Shown here: positions 40,757 through 55,797 of the stretch, in pieces
Numbering within the stretch: position 1 is the stretch's first letter
Layout of the letters: every line of letters starts with the position of its first letter
NCBI GenBank assembly: GCA_951406725.2
Contig: OX597838.1
Location: 2,604,001-2,668,000 of the forward strand
From: Octopus vulgaris
Taxonomy: Eukaryota
Reading direction: 5' to 3'
Length of the DNA: 64,000 nt
Made by a program: the position numbers and the translations under genes
The notes under the pieces: model-generated
Told to the model about the DNA's origin: nothing
Database searches by the model: none
What the model saw: only the letters and a program-made list of their open reading frames with translations

Positions 40757-41015
40757 TGTGCGCGCGCGTGTGCGCGCGCGCGCGCGTGCGTGTGTGTATA
40801 AAGTGGTAAAGAGAGAAAGTGATATACAACGGCGTGAAAGCAAGATGGCGGAGCGTTTCAAATGTTTTTCATACCTGAATTGGTGGCAATTGAAATGTGG
40901 GCCGGAAGTGATATGACATCGGGTCCAGTGAGACATTTTCCGGTCAGACGACATATTTCCGATGTTAGTAACGCGTTTCCGGTGTGGTCACATATCCGGT
41001 TAGGGTGACATTCGC
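40757..41015. promoter_or_regulatory. Candidate promoter/enhancer island: (CG)n tract, YY1 motif and ETS motif array
   Basis: (GC)n at about 40760-40790; aagatggcgg 40842-40851; ccggaagtg 40902-40910; ttccgg at 40938 and 40977; atccgg at 40994. Confidence 0.45.
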
Positions 41016-41182
41016 AATGAAGATGATGAAAGAGAAGAATCGAGAGAAAAAAAAACAGACAATATATGAACAAAACAAATAGCAATACGAAACAAAACGA
41101 AGCGTGTGGATATATAGGTGTGTGTGTGTGTTTGTTTGTATGTATACATAGATGTAATTATGTATGCATATGTATATACACG

Positions 41183-41232
<50 letters not shown>

Positions 41233-41283
41233 AGTATATATATGTGTGTGTGTGTATGTGTGCGTACATATATATATATATAC

Positions 41284-41601
<318 letters not shown>

Positions 41602-42117
41602 GTCTCGTCATGGATGAAATGAAAGTGGTAAAATATCAAGTCAGACAAGATATTGTGACAGTGTCTGTTAGGAAAATTTCCCTGGCATCCAAGGTTACCT
41701 GCAATCGTACCTGCCAGCGAGTGACTCATTTTTTTGGTGACCATCAACGACTAGAAATAGTAGCATCAAACATCTTAGAACAGAAGAGGGACATTTGAAA
41801 ATAGACATGTTTGGAAGGCCTCCATGTATATGCCTGGTGATTCAGTGTTGGCAAATGGTTGAACAATTGGGTTTATCAGCTATTTCCTCAGTTGGAGCTA
41901 GTATAGCATTTTCACAGAGCCTGTTTACATCAGTGTAATTGACAATCACACATACACTCTCGCATACACTCACATACATATACTAAGACAGACACATACA
42001 GGTATACATTTACGTAACGAACACACACTCACAGACACATACATACACATATACACATATATATATATATAAGTATACATGTATGTATATATGTATGTAT
42101 GTATGTATATTATGTCA

Positions 42118-42580
42118 GGTCACTTTCGAGTGCTAGTGGTAACTTGTAACCCAGTACAACGTGTTGCATGGTCGGGTCGTCGGCGACTAAACCGGCAACC
42201 CCACCAAGCTTGCTTGGTGAGGAGGGTGTTTATTGGACACCCTGCGGGATGAAAAATAAAACCCGTCAAAGGGCGAAGGAACTCTTGAGAGTCAATGGCC
42301 ATCCAATAAATGTCTTAAGGATGTATCATGCGCGGGGACATAGAAATAATCGGACAGAATACCCGATCGCGCAGTTAAACCATTGGGAGTGAAGGACTCC
42401 TAGCCTTTGTTAGGGCATCCTTCTAGGAGAAGGTAACTCAGGTGACTGGGATAACTCCGACATTAAACCTGTGGCTCAGTGGTTACCGATGGTGTTGAGT
42501 TGTTCTTCTTTTCGGATTATAGCTGCTGTTGCTTAGTGAGTGGGATTGACTCAGTGCACAGCCTTTCTTCACTTTTTGCA
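42118..42580 (+). mobile_element. GC-richer structured element resembling an RTE-clade 5' leader, with no ORF
   Basis: tagggcatccttctaggagaaggtaactc resembles the ggca...ctaggagaagg..aactc block of RTE 5' regions (from recall); dense hairpin series. Confidence 0.45.
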
Positions 42581-43160
42581 CAGGCATTGCACGATAACAA
42601 CATTGATCAAGCTTCGTGCAATGGCCATACTCGATAACGAGGGGGCAGCCACCATATGCCTATGCACGTATGTATCTATGCATGTATGTATGTATGCATG
42701 TATATTTGCTCATATAAACACAATCAGTGGAGGCAACTGAACTACAACCGGTTTATATCGTTTGTCTGGTGTACAGAAAGTCAGTTTTTCGGTTCCATTT
42801 TTATTTTTTGTCTTTCGATAAGAATTATCCAATATTTACAAGTTATCTATTCATAGCGTCATCTGCCTCTCAGCTTTTTCAATGATGTGGTTTCAATTTT
42901 TTAATGACTGAGATAAAACTATTTTAAATTAACAGAAATGTGGGCGAGGTGTTTGTGTGTGTTGCGGTGTCTACGTTGGTAAATGTGCATACATGCGCAT
43001 AAATATATCCTGCCATGTGTATATATATATATATATATAGAGAGAGAGACTGTTTTTGAAGTGGTGTGTAGATTTTGTATATTAAGAAAAAAGAATGTAG
43101 TCTGGAGTTGAATAATTCTGACTAACTTCTTTTTCTATTTATGTAACACCTTCGTTCCAT

Positions 43161-43225
<65 letters not shown>

Positions 43226-43762
43226 AATATGCATATATGTATGTGTGTGTGTTCCTGTCTATATGAGTGTCTGTATGTATATGTTTATACGTATGGATGT
43301 TTATATAAATGTGCATGTATATGTATATCTATATCTACAGATACCTATATATATATATATCCACGCACACACAGACCTGCATATGTATATATATATATAT
43401 ATATAGGGTAATAATTGTAAATGTAATGATTCTTTTATGTCTCATGTTTTTCAAAAACAGTTTGATGTATTGGTGTATTGGGGAACAGTGAACGGCGTTG
43501 GAGAGCATAAAGATTAAAGTTGTGGTTGAGCAAAAGTTAGCTGCCATGAGGGAACTAGAAGCTATGTGAATATTGGGAAAGATTTACTTGTATCATGATA
43601 CACTGGCATGATGACTGCTGCCCAATGCGCTGTATGCAACGTAAGGGCTATACGACATAACATGGACAGCTGCAACGGAGACTACGTAGCCTTGGCCAGC
43701 AGGAAATGACGTAGCAGGCACTCTGACTACGTAGGCTCTTGCCGGTATTCATCCAACAACTG

Positions 43763-44128
43763 ATGAACAAGGCCTTAGGCTCAATTCAGACGGCTATACG
43801 AAGCTACTGGAGACTGTGGTTCATCGCAGGCTGGATAGGATTGCTGATGTAGGGTCATATGCGTGGCAACAGAATTTTGATCCTTGCCATAAATCTAGAA
43901 AGAGTTAGAAGTGGATGTTGGCGAATTTCTCCTTTAATAGCTCCAATTTCTGGCCTCTTCATTCCCCCAGTTGTGATCCTGTATGTGGGCCGCGGTTGAA
44001 AAAGAGCACTTACCACTCTGCCAGCAATATCAAGGCCGAGCTGGTAGCCAAGATCAAGGACAAGTTTGAAAACCTTCCTGGGGACACATTGGGGAGCGCA
44101 TGCGCCAGGTTATGAAGCCATTCTGAGA
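43763..44128 (+). pseudogene. Decayed Tc1/mariner-superfamily (DD37D maT-like) transposase C-terminal fragment
   Basis: EQGLRLNSDGYTKLLETVV...YAWQQNFDPCHKSRKS*KW...FWPLHSPSCDP...KAELVAKIK...ACAR corresponds to degenerate WQQDSAPCH and WPPNSPDCNP motifs. Confidence 0.8.
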
Positions 44129-44747
44129 CATATATGCAAAAATTAAGTCTCCCAAATTTCAGGTCTTCCCGTTCTTCCTATGTTCAGTGAATACCACAAA
44201 TGAAGCACGGATAAACAAAGGAAATAGATGTACCAGTAATATACTCAGGCTCTTATAATATGGTTCAATGACTGTTCGAATATGACGAAGGATCCACTCA
44301 CATGACACACACACATACACACATACATGTGTATACATACATATACACATATATGTATAGATAGATAGATAGATAGAAAGATAAATAGATTTACATAGAT
44401 ACACACATACATACATACATACATACATACATACATACATGCATGTCTACATACATGCATACATGCATACATACATACATACAGACAGACTGACAGACAT
44501 ACATGCGTACATACATGCATACATTCAATTTAGTGACAAAGTGTGCAAGCTTTATTCCATTCAAGCATGTCCGACGATTGCTAAACTTACTTTTACCTTC
44601 CTTAACATGAAACTATTTGGTAACATTAATTGGTTGTCATGAAATTAGAATTGTTTATAAATAATACTAACAACAACAACAACAACAATAATAATGATAA
44701 TATTATATACTTATATAAATATATATAAATGTTTGTGTATGGATGTG

Positions 44748-45242
44748 ACCGCTAGCCACTGTTGAGCGCTCTTTTCGTTCCAGCAGTCGCCGAAGCAACA
44801 CGTATTTGTTCGTCTCCCTGCGGCCATTAGGCACAACTTCATAAGCCAGCCCCAAACTCAACTCGTCCTGTCGAAAGACCCTTGTCCTACGTCCTGGTTC
44901 TGTTCTGTTTTTTTATTTTTACCGTTATTGTTTTTACGTCTTTGTATTCTTATTGGTGTCACGTATTCTGTATTTTTGTTCGTGTACTTCGTTCGTTTTC
45001 CGTCCTCGTGTTGTATACATTCGAAGCTTTCTTCCATGGGATCTAATGCGCTTGGCTTAGATTTCCCATGGCGGGCTGCCCATATCGGAGCAATCTCAAG
45101 ATTAATCAGCCGAAATTGCCAAGATGATCTGGTTCTTGACTGATGACTGAGGGCTTCGAATGTCCCGTCCTGTGGTTCTTGTGTCGTCTCTGTGGTGTTT
45201 CATGTTCTTGTCCATGTCTGTAATTATTTTTACTGTTTACCT
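44748..45242 (+). mobile_element. Repeat-like element ending at (TA)n with a highly structured internal module; possibly a Penelope pLTR
   Basis: Pyrimidine-rich body abutting (TA)n with an internal multi-stem module at 45017-45163; the family assignment is inference. Confidence 0.35.
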
Positions 45243-45870
45243 ATATATATATATATATATATGTACTGTATCTATGTATGTATGTATGTATGTATGTATG
45301 TATGTATGTATGTATGTATGTATGTATGTATGTATGTATGTATGTATAAAGTTGAAAGCGAATCTAATAAAACAAGAAAGGAATATCTATATATGTAAGT
45401 ATATAATATATGTCTTTGCATAATATATATGCATGTATGTATAATAAATGGTTGTGTCTATATATGTTTCTATAAAAACTCTTGCATTCGCACACATTTA
45501 TCGATCAATAAGTGTTTACATAAAAATATTGGCCGGCGACCAAAGTTTAAAAGTTTTTCTCTTTCTCTTTTTTTTTCTTTTAATTTTAACGTAATTTTAT
45601 TTACATAAAATCTCAATTATCAATTTGTATTTTAATTCCTGTTGACTTTAAAGGTCACTGCATACTACAAAGATGTGATCTGATATCGGTGGCGGCGGCG
45701 GTGGCGGAGGTGGCGGTCGTTACTGTTATGGCCGATGGCGGCGAAGGGGGTTGGCGGAGGTGGTTTTTATCGTAGCAGTCTTGGTCGTTATTGTTGTTGA
45801 TGCTGGACGTGGTGCTGCAGTTGGTGGTGGTGGTGATGTTGCTGGTGTTGGTCATGGTAAGGATGTTGAA

Positions 45871-46105
45871 AGCGGCGAGCTGGCAGAAACGTTAGCACGC
45901 CGGGCAAAATGCTTAGCGGTATTTCGTCTGCCGCTACGTTCTGAGTTCAAATTCCGCTGAGATAGACTTTGCCTTTCATCTTTTCGGGGTCGATAAATTA
46001 AGTACTAGTTACGCATTAGGGTCGATACAATCGACTTAATCCGTTTGTCTGTCCTTGTTTGTCCCTTCTGTGTTTAGCCCCTTGTGGGTAGTAAAGAAAT
46101 AGGTA
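45871..46105 (+). mobile_element. SINE family B monomeric copy
   Basis: Head gcggcgagctggcagaaacgttagc, B-box gagttcaaattcc and Meta/MESC-like core; matches 24996-25566. Confidence 0.9.
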
Positions 46106-46545
46106 ACGGTGTTAAAGGTGGTGGTGGTGGTGGAGGTTTTAGTTATGATGGTGGTGGTCATGGAGGTGATGAAGGTGTGGCAGTGGTGGTGGTGGTGGTA
46201 TGATGGGGATTAGTAGTGAAGGTTGTAGTGGTGATCGTGGTGCTAATGTTAGCGGTTATGGTGATGGTGTTGCTGGCGGTGGTGGTGGTGGTAGTGGTGG
46301 TGGTGGCACTGTTGTTGTTGGTTTAGGTGTGCTGTTGTAGTGTTAGTGTCGGTGACTGTGTTATTGTTGTTGGAGTTGTTGCTGATGGTGGTAATGGTGG
46401 TGGTGGTGTCGTTGGTAGCAATGGTGGTGGCAGTTGTGGCAATGGTGATGGTGGCAATGGTGGTGGTGGCGATGGTCGTGGTGGTTCTGGTGCTGGTGGT
46501 GCTGGTGGTGATTGTGGTGGTGCTGGTGGTTGGGCTAGTGTCGTT

Positions 46546-46608
46546 AACGGCGGCGTCGTCGTCGTTGACGGCGGCGTCGTCGTCGTTGACGGCGGCGTGG
46601 TCGTCGTT
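46546..46608. repeat. 21-bp tandem repeat x3 (acggcggcgtcgtcgtcgttg) at the end of a GGT-rich tract
   Basis: Directly visible. Confidence 0.85.
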
Positions 46609-47098
46609 GTTAATCCAAAGTAATGTTTTTGTATGTTTTATTTAATTTATTGAAAGAGAATCGTCTATGATTCGAGATTTCGCTGCTATTTCTAACACAT
46701 CAACACACCATGTTGAAGGTCAAGATTGCCCATCAACAAGTATGATTTATTATGTTCCAGATGTGACCATCTCTCCTGCTCATGGTGCAGTGTCCTTCGA
46801 CTACATTTTCAAGTGTGGTTCCAGTCATGACAATCTCATCTTAGTTACTAGTGTGTTACATTATACAGTGTGTGCTTCGGGGTTTTTTGGGGTTTTTTTG
46901 GTGGGGGATGAAACTTGGTGTCATTTGAACTCAGCGACGGAAATACTGAAAGTTGTATAAATTGCATTTCATATAATCCGGCAATATTTCTCGTCCGGTC
47001 TTTTGGTAAATCCGTTTCCATTGTGATTTCTAATTTTCAGAAATGATTGAAGAAGGGAGAGAAAGTATCGAGATGAGATGTGTGTGTGACAGAGCGTG

Positions 47099-47140
<42 letters not shown>

Positions 47141-47459
47141 ACAGAGAGCATGCGTGTATGTGTGTGAGACAGAGAGTGAGGAGGAGAAGAAGGAGGAAGA
47201 GAAAAGGAAGAAGTAGAAGAAAGAAAAAAGAAGAAGATGAAGAAGAAAGAAAGAAAGAAGAAGAAGAAGAAGAAGAAGAAGAAGAAGAAGAAGAAGAAGA
47301 AGAAGAAAGAAAGAATAGGAAGGCAGGGAAAAGCTGAAAAAAGTCGGTGGCATGTCTCAGGGTAAATGAGAATGTGTTGATGTATGTGTTTGTATCGATG
47401 GATCTGTGTGGATGAATGGGGCTGGGAATGGAGGCTTGTGTCACCATCCACATATGCAG

Positions 47460-47513
<54 letters not shown>

Positions 47514-47603
47514 GTGTGTGAGTCTGTGTGTATATGTATGTATAAACATACATATATAAAAACATATATATATTCATATAGATGCATGTACGTACATATA
47601 TGC

Positions 47604-47641
<38 letters not shown>

Positions 47642-48175
47642 TGAGAGAGAGAGAGAGAGTGAGAGAGAGAGAGAGAGATATAAATATGTGTGTGTGCGTG
47701 TGCGTGTGAGTGTGTGTTTATATATAGCGCGAGAGGGAGACAAACAGAAACATTCAGGGAGAAAGAAAGGGAGGAAGAGAGAGAGAGAGAGAGAGAGAGC
47801 AGTGGGGGCCATGTTTTTGGCAAAGCACCAAGGTAACGTAGACGGCGAAGAAATCATGTCCAAAGCGAAGACAGAACGGCTAAGAAAGCTTCAAGCAACG
47901 TGTACAGCTAATCATTGGCCCGTCCTAGCTACAATCATACCAACTATCGATTTATCGATCAATATATGTATTTTTTTCTTCTTCTTTCTATCTACCACTG
48001 CTCTTGTTAATGTGTATTGATTTTGTTGCAGGGTTTTTCGTTGCATTACATAACAACATTAATCATCCTCTCTAAATGTCCTAACAACAACACCATGTCA
48101 TTTTCACGAAATTTACCTTCCTCCCTTCTTGGGACATTCTCAGACTTTGTTGAAGCGGTGCCAGTCGTTATCACA

Positions 48176-49932
<1,757 letters not shown>

Positions 49933-50436
49933 ACATACATACATACATACATACATACACATCTGGCTTTTTTTCATTTGCCAGCTTTCTCGTGATGAAC
50001 AGAGCCGGAAATATTGTAATATCTCTGTGAATGTTGACTGGTTGTGTGCCCAAGACCTTCCGCATATTCCATCGGTAAATTATGACTAATACGATCATTA
50101 CGTCACTCCGAGTTTCCAGATACAGCTGTCGCAGACAAAAGTTATATATTACGGTTCCACAACTTAATATCTGCTGTTTATTTGTACCTTTAAAGACCAT
50201 AAAGTCTTGAGATTAAATATTTCATTGTGCCATTTACTTTTAAAGTTGTTATATTTTGAGAGAGATTTCCTTACTCGTTCTGCGACAATGTAGAATTGAT
50301 TTCCTCTCAAGGGAACCCGTTTGGTAGAATTTGTAAAACTTATTTCTCCACTTCCAAACTTAATTGTCATCAGCCACGTGACAACACTAGTCGAAGCAAT
50401 CCGACCATAACCATTTCCTCTGTTATTCTAGAGATT

Positions 50437-50722
50437 GAAGGTGCGTACCTTATAGGTTAGCGGTGTTCAGTTCACGATCGTAAAGTCATGAGTTCAATTC
50501 TCGTCGCTTCCCTCCACATTACCACAGTCCATTCAGTTGGCAAATATGAGTTGTATCTGCAATTCAAAGGGCCAAACTTGTCACATTCTGTATCACGCTG
50601 AATCTCTCTGAGAACTATGCGTGTCTGTGGAGTACTCGGCCACTTGTGCGTTAATTTCACGAGCAGGCTGTTCTGTTCATCAGATAAACTGGATCACTCA
50701 TCGTGGTAAACGATGGAGTACC
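50437..50722 (+). mobile_element. SINE family C copy, diverged
   Basis: cacgatcgtaaagtcatgagttcaattc...cttgtcacattctgtatcacgctgaatctc...gttaatttcacgagcaggctgtt matches 24335-24659. Confidence 0.85.
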
Positions 50723-51209
50723 GGTTCTTCTTTATGTAAATCTACGTTATATAATGTGTCCTTCCTCTTCTGTGAAGACTGCACTATGTAATTTGAATGA
50801 AATCTGGGTGCTACTTTTAGCAGGGAGATTGACCACGTATAGATTCTCATACTGGTTGTACTCCTTTCGAAAGGTACCGAAGCTATTGTCCATCACCATT
50901 TCAGTTGAATGCAAGACATAGCAACAAAGGATGGCGGTATTTGTGCTGCTTGAAGGTCCGTAACGAAATTATATACAGCTTAAGCAATCATCCCCACTTC
51001 AACACATATTTGTGCTTAAACCGAAAAGATATCCTTTCTTTAGGAACGCTTTCATTTAGAAGCCAGCAGGCAGCTCAATAAAATCGTATTGATTTTACTG
51101 GAAGGATCTAGAAAGCCGGTATTGGATTCTGAAGATAATAAAGAATTTGTTTAGATCTTTCATATTCTTTTCCACTATATTTGTTGTTTAGCAATTTCTG
51201 CGCTAATAT

Positions 51210-51430
51210 CTTTCGTTGTCACTGCCATATTTTCGCTGTTACTCCCATATTTTCGCTGTTACTATTATATATTTCGCAGATATTGCGATATCTTCGTCTA
51301 TACTGCTTGCTACATTTTCGTTGTTACCTTCACTTCCGTTGTTATTCCCAAATGTTGGCTGCTGTAATCATACTTTCTCTGTCACGTGTTTTCGCTGTTA
51401 CAGTCCTATTCTCGTTGTAACGACCATATT
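51210..51430. repeat. Degenerate minisatellite with a unit of about 20 bp (tattttcgctgttactccca-like)
   Basis: ttcg(c/t)tgttac-like words recur at roughly 20-bp spacing. Confidence 0.7.
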
Positions 51431-51997
51431 TAATGAATTATTCAAAGACAATAGATAAGCGATCTCGACCATCCTAAGGGATCTTTCGAGACTGGTGGCA
51501 CCAAGTAAGGAAAATTAACCTAACACCCGAGAACAGGAAGAATAATTACAACAGCTCGTACAAGGTTAAAGGTACCCAAAAGCAAGGTGGTGGTGGTGGT
51601 GGTGGTGTGGGGGTGATAATCGGTGCGATGGATTATGTCCTCCACATCCCCCATATCGGATCGCCTTACTCTATTGTTGTAGAGTCATAATGTCAATATA
51701 TTTGAATCTCCGCGTTTTCTGAAAGAAATAGTCGCTGATGTTGTTGTTGCTATCATTGCTGCCTTCATTTTATCCCCCGGTCAGCCATGATTGAGCACGC
51801 TGATGATGAATAGCGTTCCACTCGTGACCGTCTTGTAGGTGGCAAAATATTTTAATGCATTGTTCGTTTGTATTTAAGACTGAAATATTATTTCAATGAC
51901 ATTTGACAGCAACTTCTATCCGGACGATTATACATGGGAACTTCCTTCACGAAGCAGTTTTTTGTTGTTGCTGCTACAACAACAAAAATTCCTACTC

Positions 51998-52028
<31 letters not shown>

Positions 52029-52057
52029 GAACAAAAGGTGGAGCAACATTTCTTCCC

Positions 52058-52162
52058 GCTCTTTACATTTGGAGTTCAAATTCCGCCAGGTTCGACTTAG
52101 CCATTTAATCGTTTCGGGGTCGATAAAATGCGTAACCAGTTGAGTCGATGGAACCGACTTCT
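52058..52162 (+). mobile_element. SINE family B fragment
   Basis: gagttcaaattccgcca...tttcggggtcgataaaa...accagtt. Confidence 0.7.
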
Positions 52163-52376
52163 CTCCAATATTTGAAATGATTTTTTATTATTATTGATTT
52201 TACTTTTAATTTGCGTCTCTGTTACAGTCACTTGCCGAGACACACCCAGCGTTCTGAGGCGAGGAAAGGATAGATGTTACAATATGACTGAAAACCTGGG
52301 GAGGAGAGGTTGTGAGAGTTTTTCTAGGGATGTGAGCACTATTAGTCAGCACAATCTTTTGGATTTCTCTGAGACA

Positions 52377-52520
52377 TGATTATGATTATTATTATTATTA
52401 TTGTTGTTGTTATTCTTGTTCTTGTTGTTCTTGTTCATCTTGTTCTTGTTATTGTTGTTATTATTATTATTATTATTAATATTATTATTATTGTTGTTGC
52501 TGCTGCTGCTGTTATCATTA

Positions 52521-52582
<62 letters not shown>

Positions 52583-52619
52583 GTTGTTGTTGTTGTTGTT
52601 GTAGTAGTAGTAGTAGTAG

Positions 52620-52657
<38 letters not shown>

Positions 52658-52666
52658 ATTGTTATT
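52377..52666. repeat. Compound (TTA)n/(TTG)n/(TAG)n microsatellite
   Basis: Directly visible. Confidence 0.95.
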
Positions 52667-54439
52667 CAATCTTCGATCAACTTCGCTCAAAGACGTCCCT
52701 GACATGACCATCTCTGAAAACTGTACAATGAGTCCCAGACTCCATTATTTCATCCATCCTGCATTTTTAAGACTAGTATAGGGCTTAAAGGTAATTTAGC
52801 GTCTATTTCTAACAAGTCGAGCAACCATGTAGTGCAAAACTGTTATAAATGCCCCGTTCCCCTCGATAGAACTCCAGTCACTCGGAGATAATTTTGTGCA
52901 GAATGTTTTATTCGCTGCTAGTTTCAGTCAAGGTACTTTGGCCATAATGGAGTACTTTCTGTTTCAAAACCTAAAAATCTCTTATGAGCCGCAATATTTG
53001 ACTAGTTCCATTATTCTTTGGGGTTGGCAACAACGAAAGAACACACTGGATAGAATGGAACATGGAAGGGTCTACCTTGGAATCACAGGGCATCACTTTC
53101 GCTGACCGATACAGAACTGAATCTGTCATAGTGAGGGATTCATAAATACAACATAGAAAGCGTTATTCTACTCAAAATCAAACAAATTTCCTCAAATAAT
53201 CGAATTTTCAAACACAGACTAGTATAGAGCATTTGATTCAGTCAAGGATTTACCCCCTACATGTCATCGTAACACAAGGATTGTAATTTTTTCTATACCT
53301 GAATTCGAACTCAGGAGCTTTTATTTTTAAGCTCATGAAAATAATGTTATTATCAGTTTGATAAAATCTGGAATCTAATGAAACAAAGATCTGCGTTGAT
53401 GAAAGTTTATCTATAAAGATTCATTAATTAGATTTACTGTGAGGGGTAAAACATCTAACGCTTCGGATATTTGTCCTTCTTCAGTGAAAAAATAAATATA
53501 ACGGCCGATTCGGAAGTTACATAGAGCTGCGAATTTTTCTCTCGGTAGAATGAAAAGAATTCAAAAAACGTCAACAGTTTTCCTAAACTGACGATGAATT
53601 AACTCACATTATTTGTTTCTTATCGAATAAATCTCGTATGAGACCATGCATGTATCTAGGATTAAAACATCTGGCAGTTGTTTCACACGGAATCTGTCGA
53701 GAGAAATTGCTGATATACAAAATATTGTCAATAAACACACTAAAGATGTGATTTATCGTCTGGAAAATTATAACTTTAGATATTTACTTTGATGATGTCC
53801 AGTTTAAAATTTCGTCTTTTTGCTATTGTATTTTTTACGTTCATTTTTTTTTTCTTCCAAGCAAAAAATAAACGTCTTTAGACTTAATTACGGTAGCTTT
53901 CTGTCAATAAAATCTGTTAGTTTCTCTCGTCGCAGCCATTCTTCCGTTATGTCTTACTGCCGGAATATAAAGACGATGCAACAAGTGAGAGGTGCCGATC
54001 GTCAGAAGCAACGGTACTTCTTTATATCAAGCTTACTTTACCATTTCGTTAGAGAAGGACGGGTGGTGTCTTTGATTATCTTTTAGGTTCTCCGAGACGG
54101 ATGGGTGGTGGGAGAAAAAAGTTAATCACTGACTAAAAATATGTCTTAAAGATTTGAAACTTCCTTCTTGAAGAAAATGGACAACAAACGTGTCAGGGTA
54201 ACTGTTAACTATTATAAATGTAAGGGGAGACAACTATAAAAATTTGATAATTTCACGAAGTTGGTGATTACAGGCAAAGGAGATAACCAAGGCCGTTTCT
54301 ACAAGATAAGCTGAAAAACTCGAAATTAAAGTGGATCCACGCAAGAATAACCTGACCAATTTAACGGCAATTACAAACATTCTTCTTCATTGCCAAAATG
54401 GATTTCAGCATTAATGACAAATCTTTCTTTAATGATATT

Positions 54440-55050
54440 TGCAACTCAATTTGTAGATTGATTCGGTTTTCCACCAAAGTATTTTGGTCATTCTGCCACC
54501 AAAGTCTTCGTTTTATGAATACACTAGCCTTGGATTTTTCTTGGAATGCTCTTGGCAATTGGCAATCTCTCCGTTCTATTTGTGGCTCTCATCCTTTCCT
54601 ATACTTCATTCTGAATACAGACACAACTTTCTATTCGTGGGTGGCCCACCGAAGCAAGTTCTTCAATATTCTTCTTTCTGTTTGTAATTCTCAGGTGAGA
54701 TTGCAATTTTCTTTTTCTACTGCCACCACCCACCTCCAACCAATTTGGTTACTTCTTCCTTCTAAATACGTTTTAACAGCCAAGCAGGAAATACTTGTTG
54801 ATGCCAGATTCTAGAGATTTATCTCAAAATAGCTCTCATTCTTAAGATAAGATTTAGTGTCTTCTCTCAGATATTTACCAAATAAAGTTCTACACCCACC
54901 GATTCCAAGACCATGCAGTTAAATAGATTGCCTCCTTATCGTAATATTTACCATTCTCTCCAAAGGCGATTCTCTTCTCGTTTAGAAATCCAATCAATAT
55001 ATTTTAACCTTATTCTTTGACACATATCCAGATCGGTGGCCATTTCTTTG
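54440..55050 (-). pseudogene. Possible decayed Merlin/IS1595-like (ISXO2) transposase
   Basis: Frameshifted minus-strand pieces KLVGGG..VAVE, YKQ.RRIL...CFGG..TNRKLC and SVFIK...ND....QIE loosely follow KIGG.G..VEIDES..RKY.RGR..WVFGG..R...C and VNH...FV...TQ.IE. Confidence 0.35.
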
Positions 55051-55797
55051 GAAGAGAGATAAAGAGTTCCCGTGGTTCCAATTTATCTGTTATTATCATG
55101 CCGTAAACCTTGTTGAAAGGCACCAGGAATCTTTTCAATTTCAAACCTTTTTAACCTTTTTGTTTGCCATTTTAGTGCTTCACTGGAATTTAGAAATTTG
55201 CAATTAACGAAAGCGAATCTAAAGTCTACGATTACGTCATCCGTAGAATGATGCCATTTATAATATGACGAGAACAACATTGTTAAACTCTTTGGTAAAT
55301 TCTTCTAAGAATAAAATTAGAAATTCCAGGAACCTGGCGAGGTTTGGCGCCGGCACCAACGGTAAGAATTACCTCAGTTAAGTTTATAAGGAATCGGTAA
55401 GTTCGGTTACCGTGACGAATGGGAGATGGTGTTTTTGGCTCTATTGAACAACGGTTCTCTATGGAAACGTCCTCATAGAAACCACAGCTAAACCTTCCTC
55501 AAATCACACGCTACTGTCTTAGACATAGATTTATAAGATAATGGAATTCCAGGTGCATTATGTCTGAAATAGAGAAATATGGTCGTAACTGCAACGCTTT
55601 ATTTCGTGTCTGTATCAGAATTGACAAGGAACGAAACAGCAACAAACGCCGACAGATTTTTGAAAACAAGATTTCCAAATCGTTATTTTTATTTCTCCCT
55701 AACCACTTCACCACCCTATTTCCACCCTGTTTCCACCCCAAGTCCACCTCCATACATGATAAGAACAAAATAATCTTGCACACAGCACAATACACAA

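Noticed and set aside
46327-46623. Gly-rich ORF
   Set aside because: Translation of a degenerate (GGT)n tract that is open in more than one frame.
46667-46960. Exon-like frame after ttccag at about 46760
   Set aside because: No good donor site; the opposite strand faintly resembles a decayed RTE 3' segment.
53380-53420. ICVDES word resembling the piggyBac catalytic motif
   Set aside because: An isolated 6-residue match without supporting motifs or TTAA-flanked TIRs.
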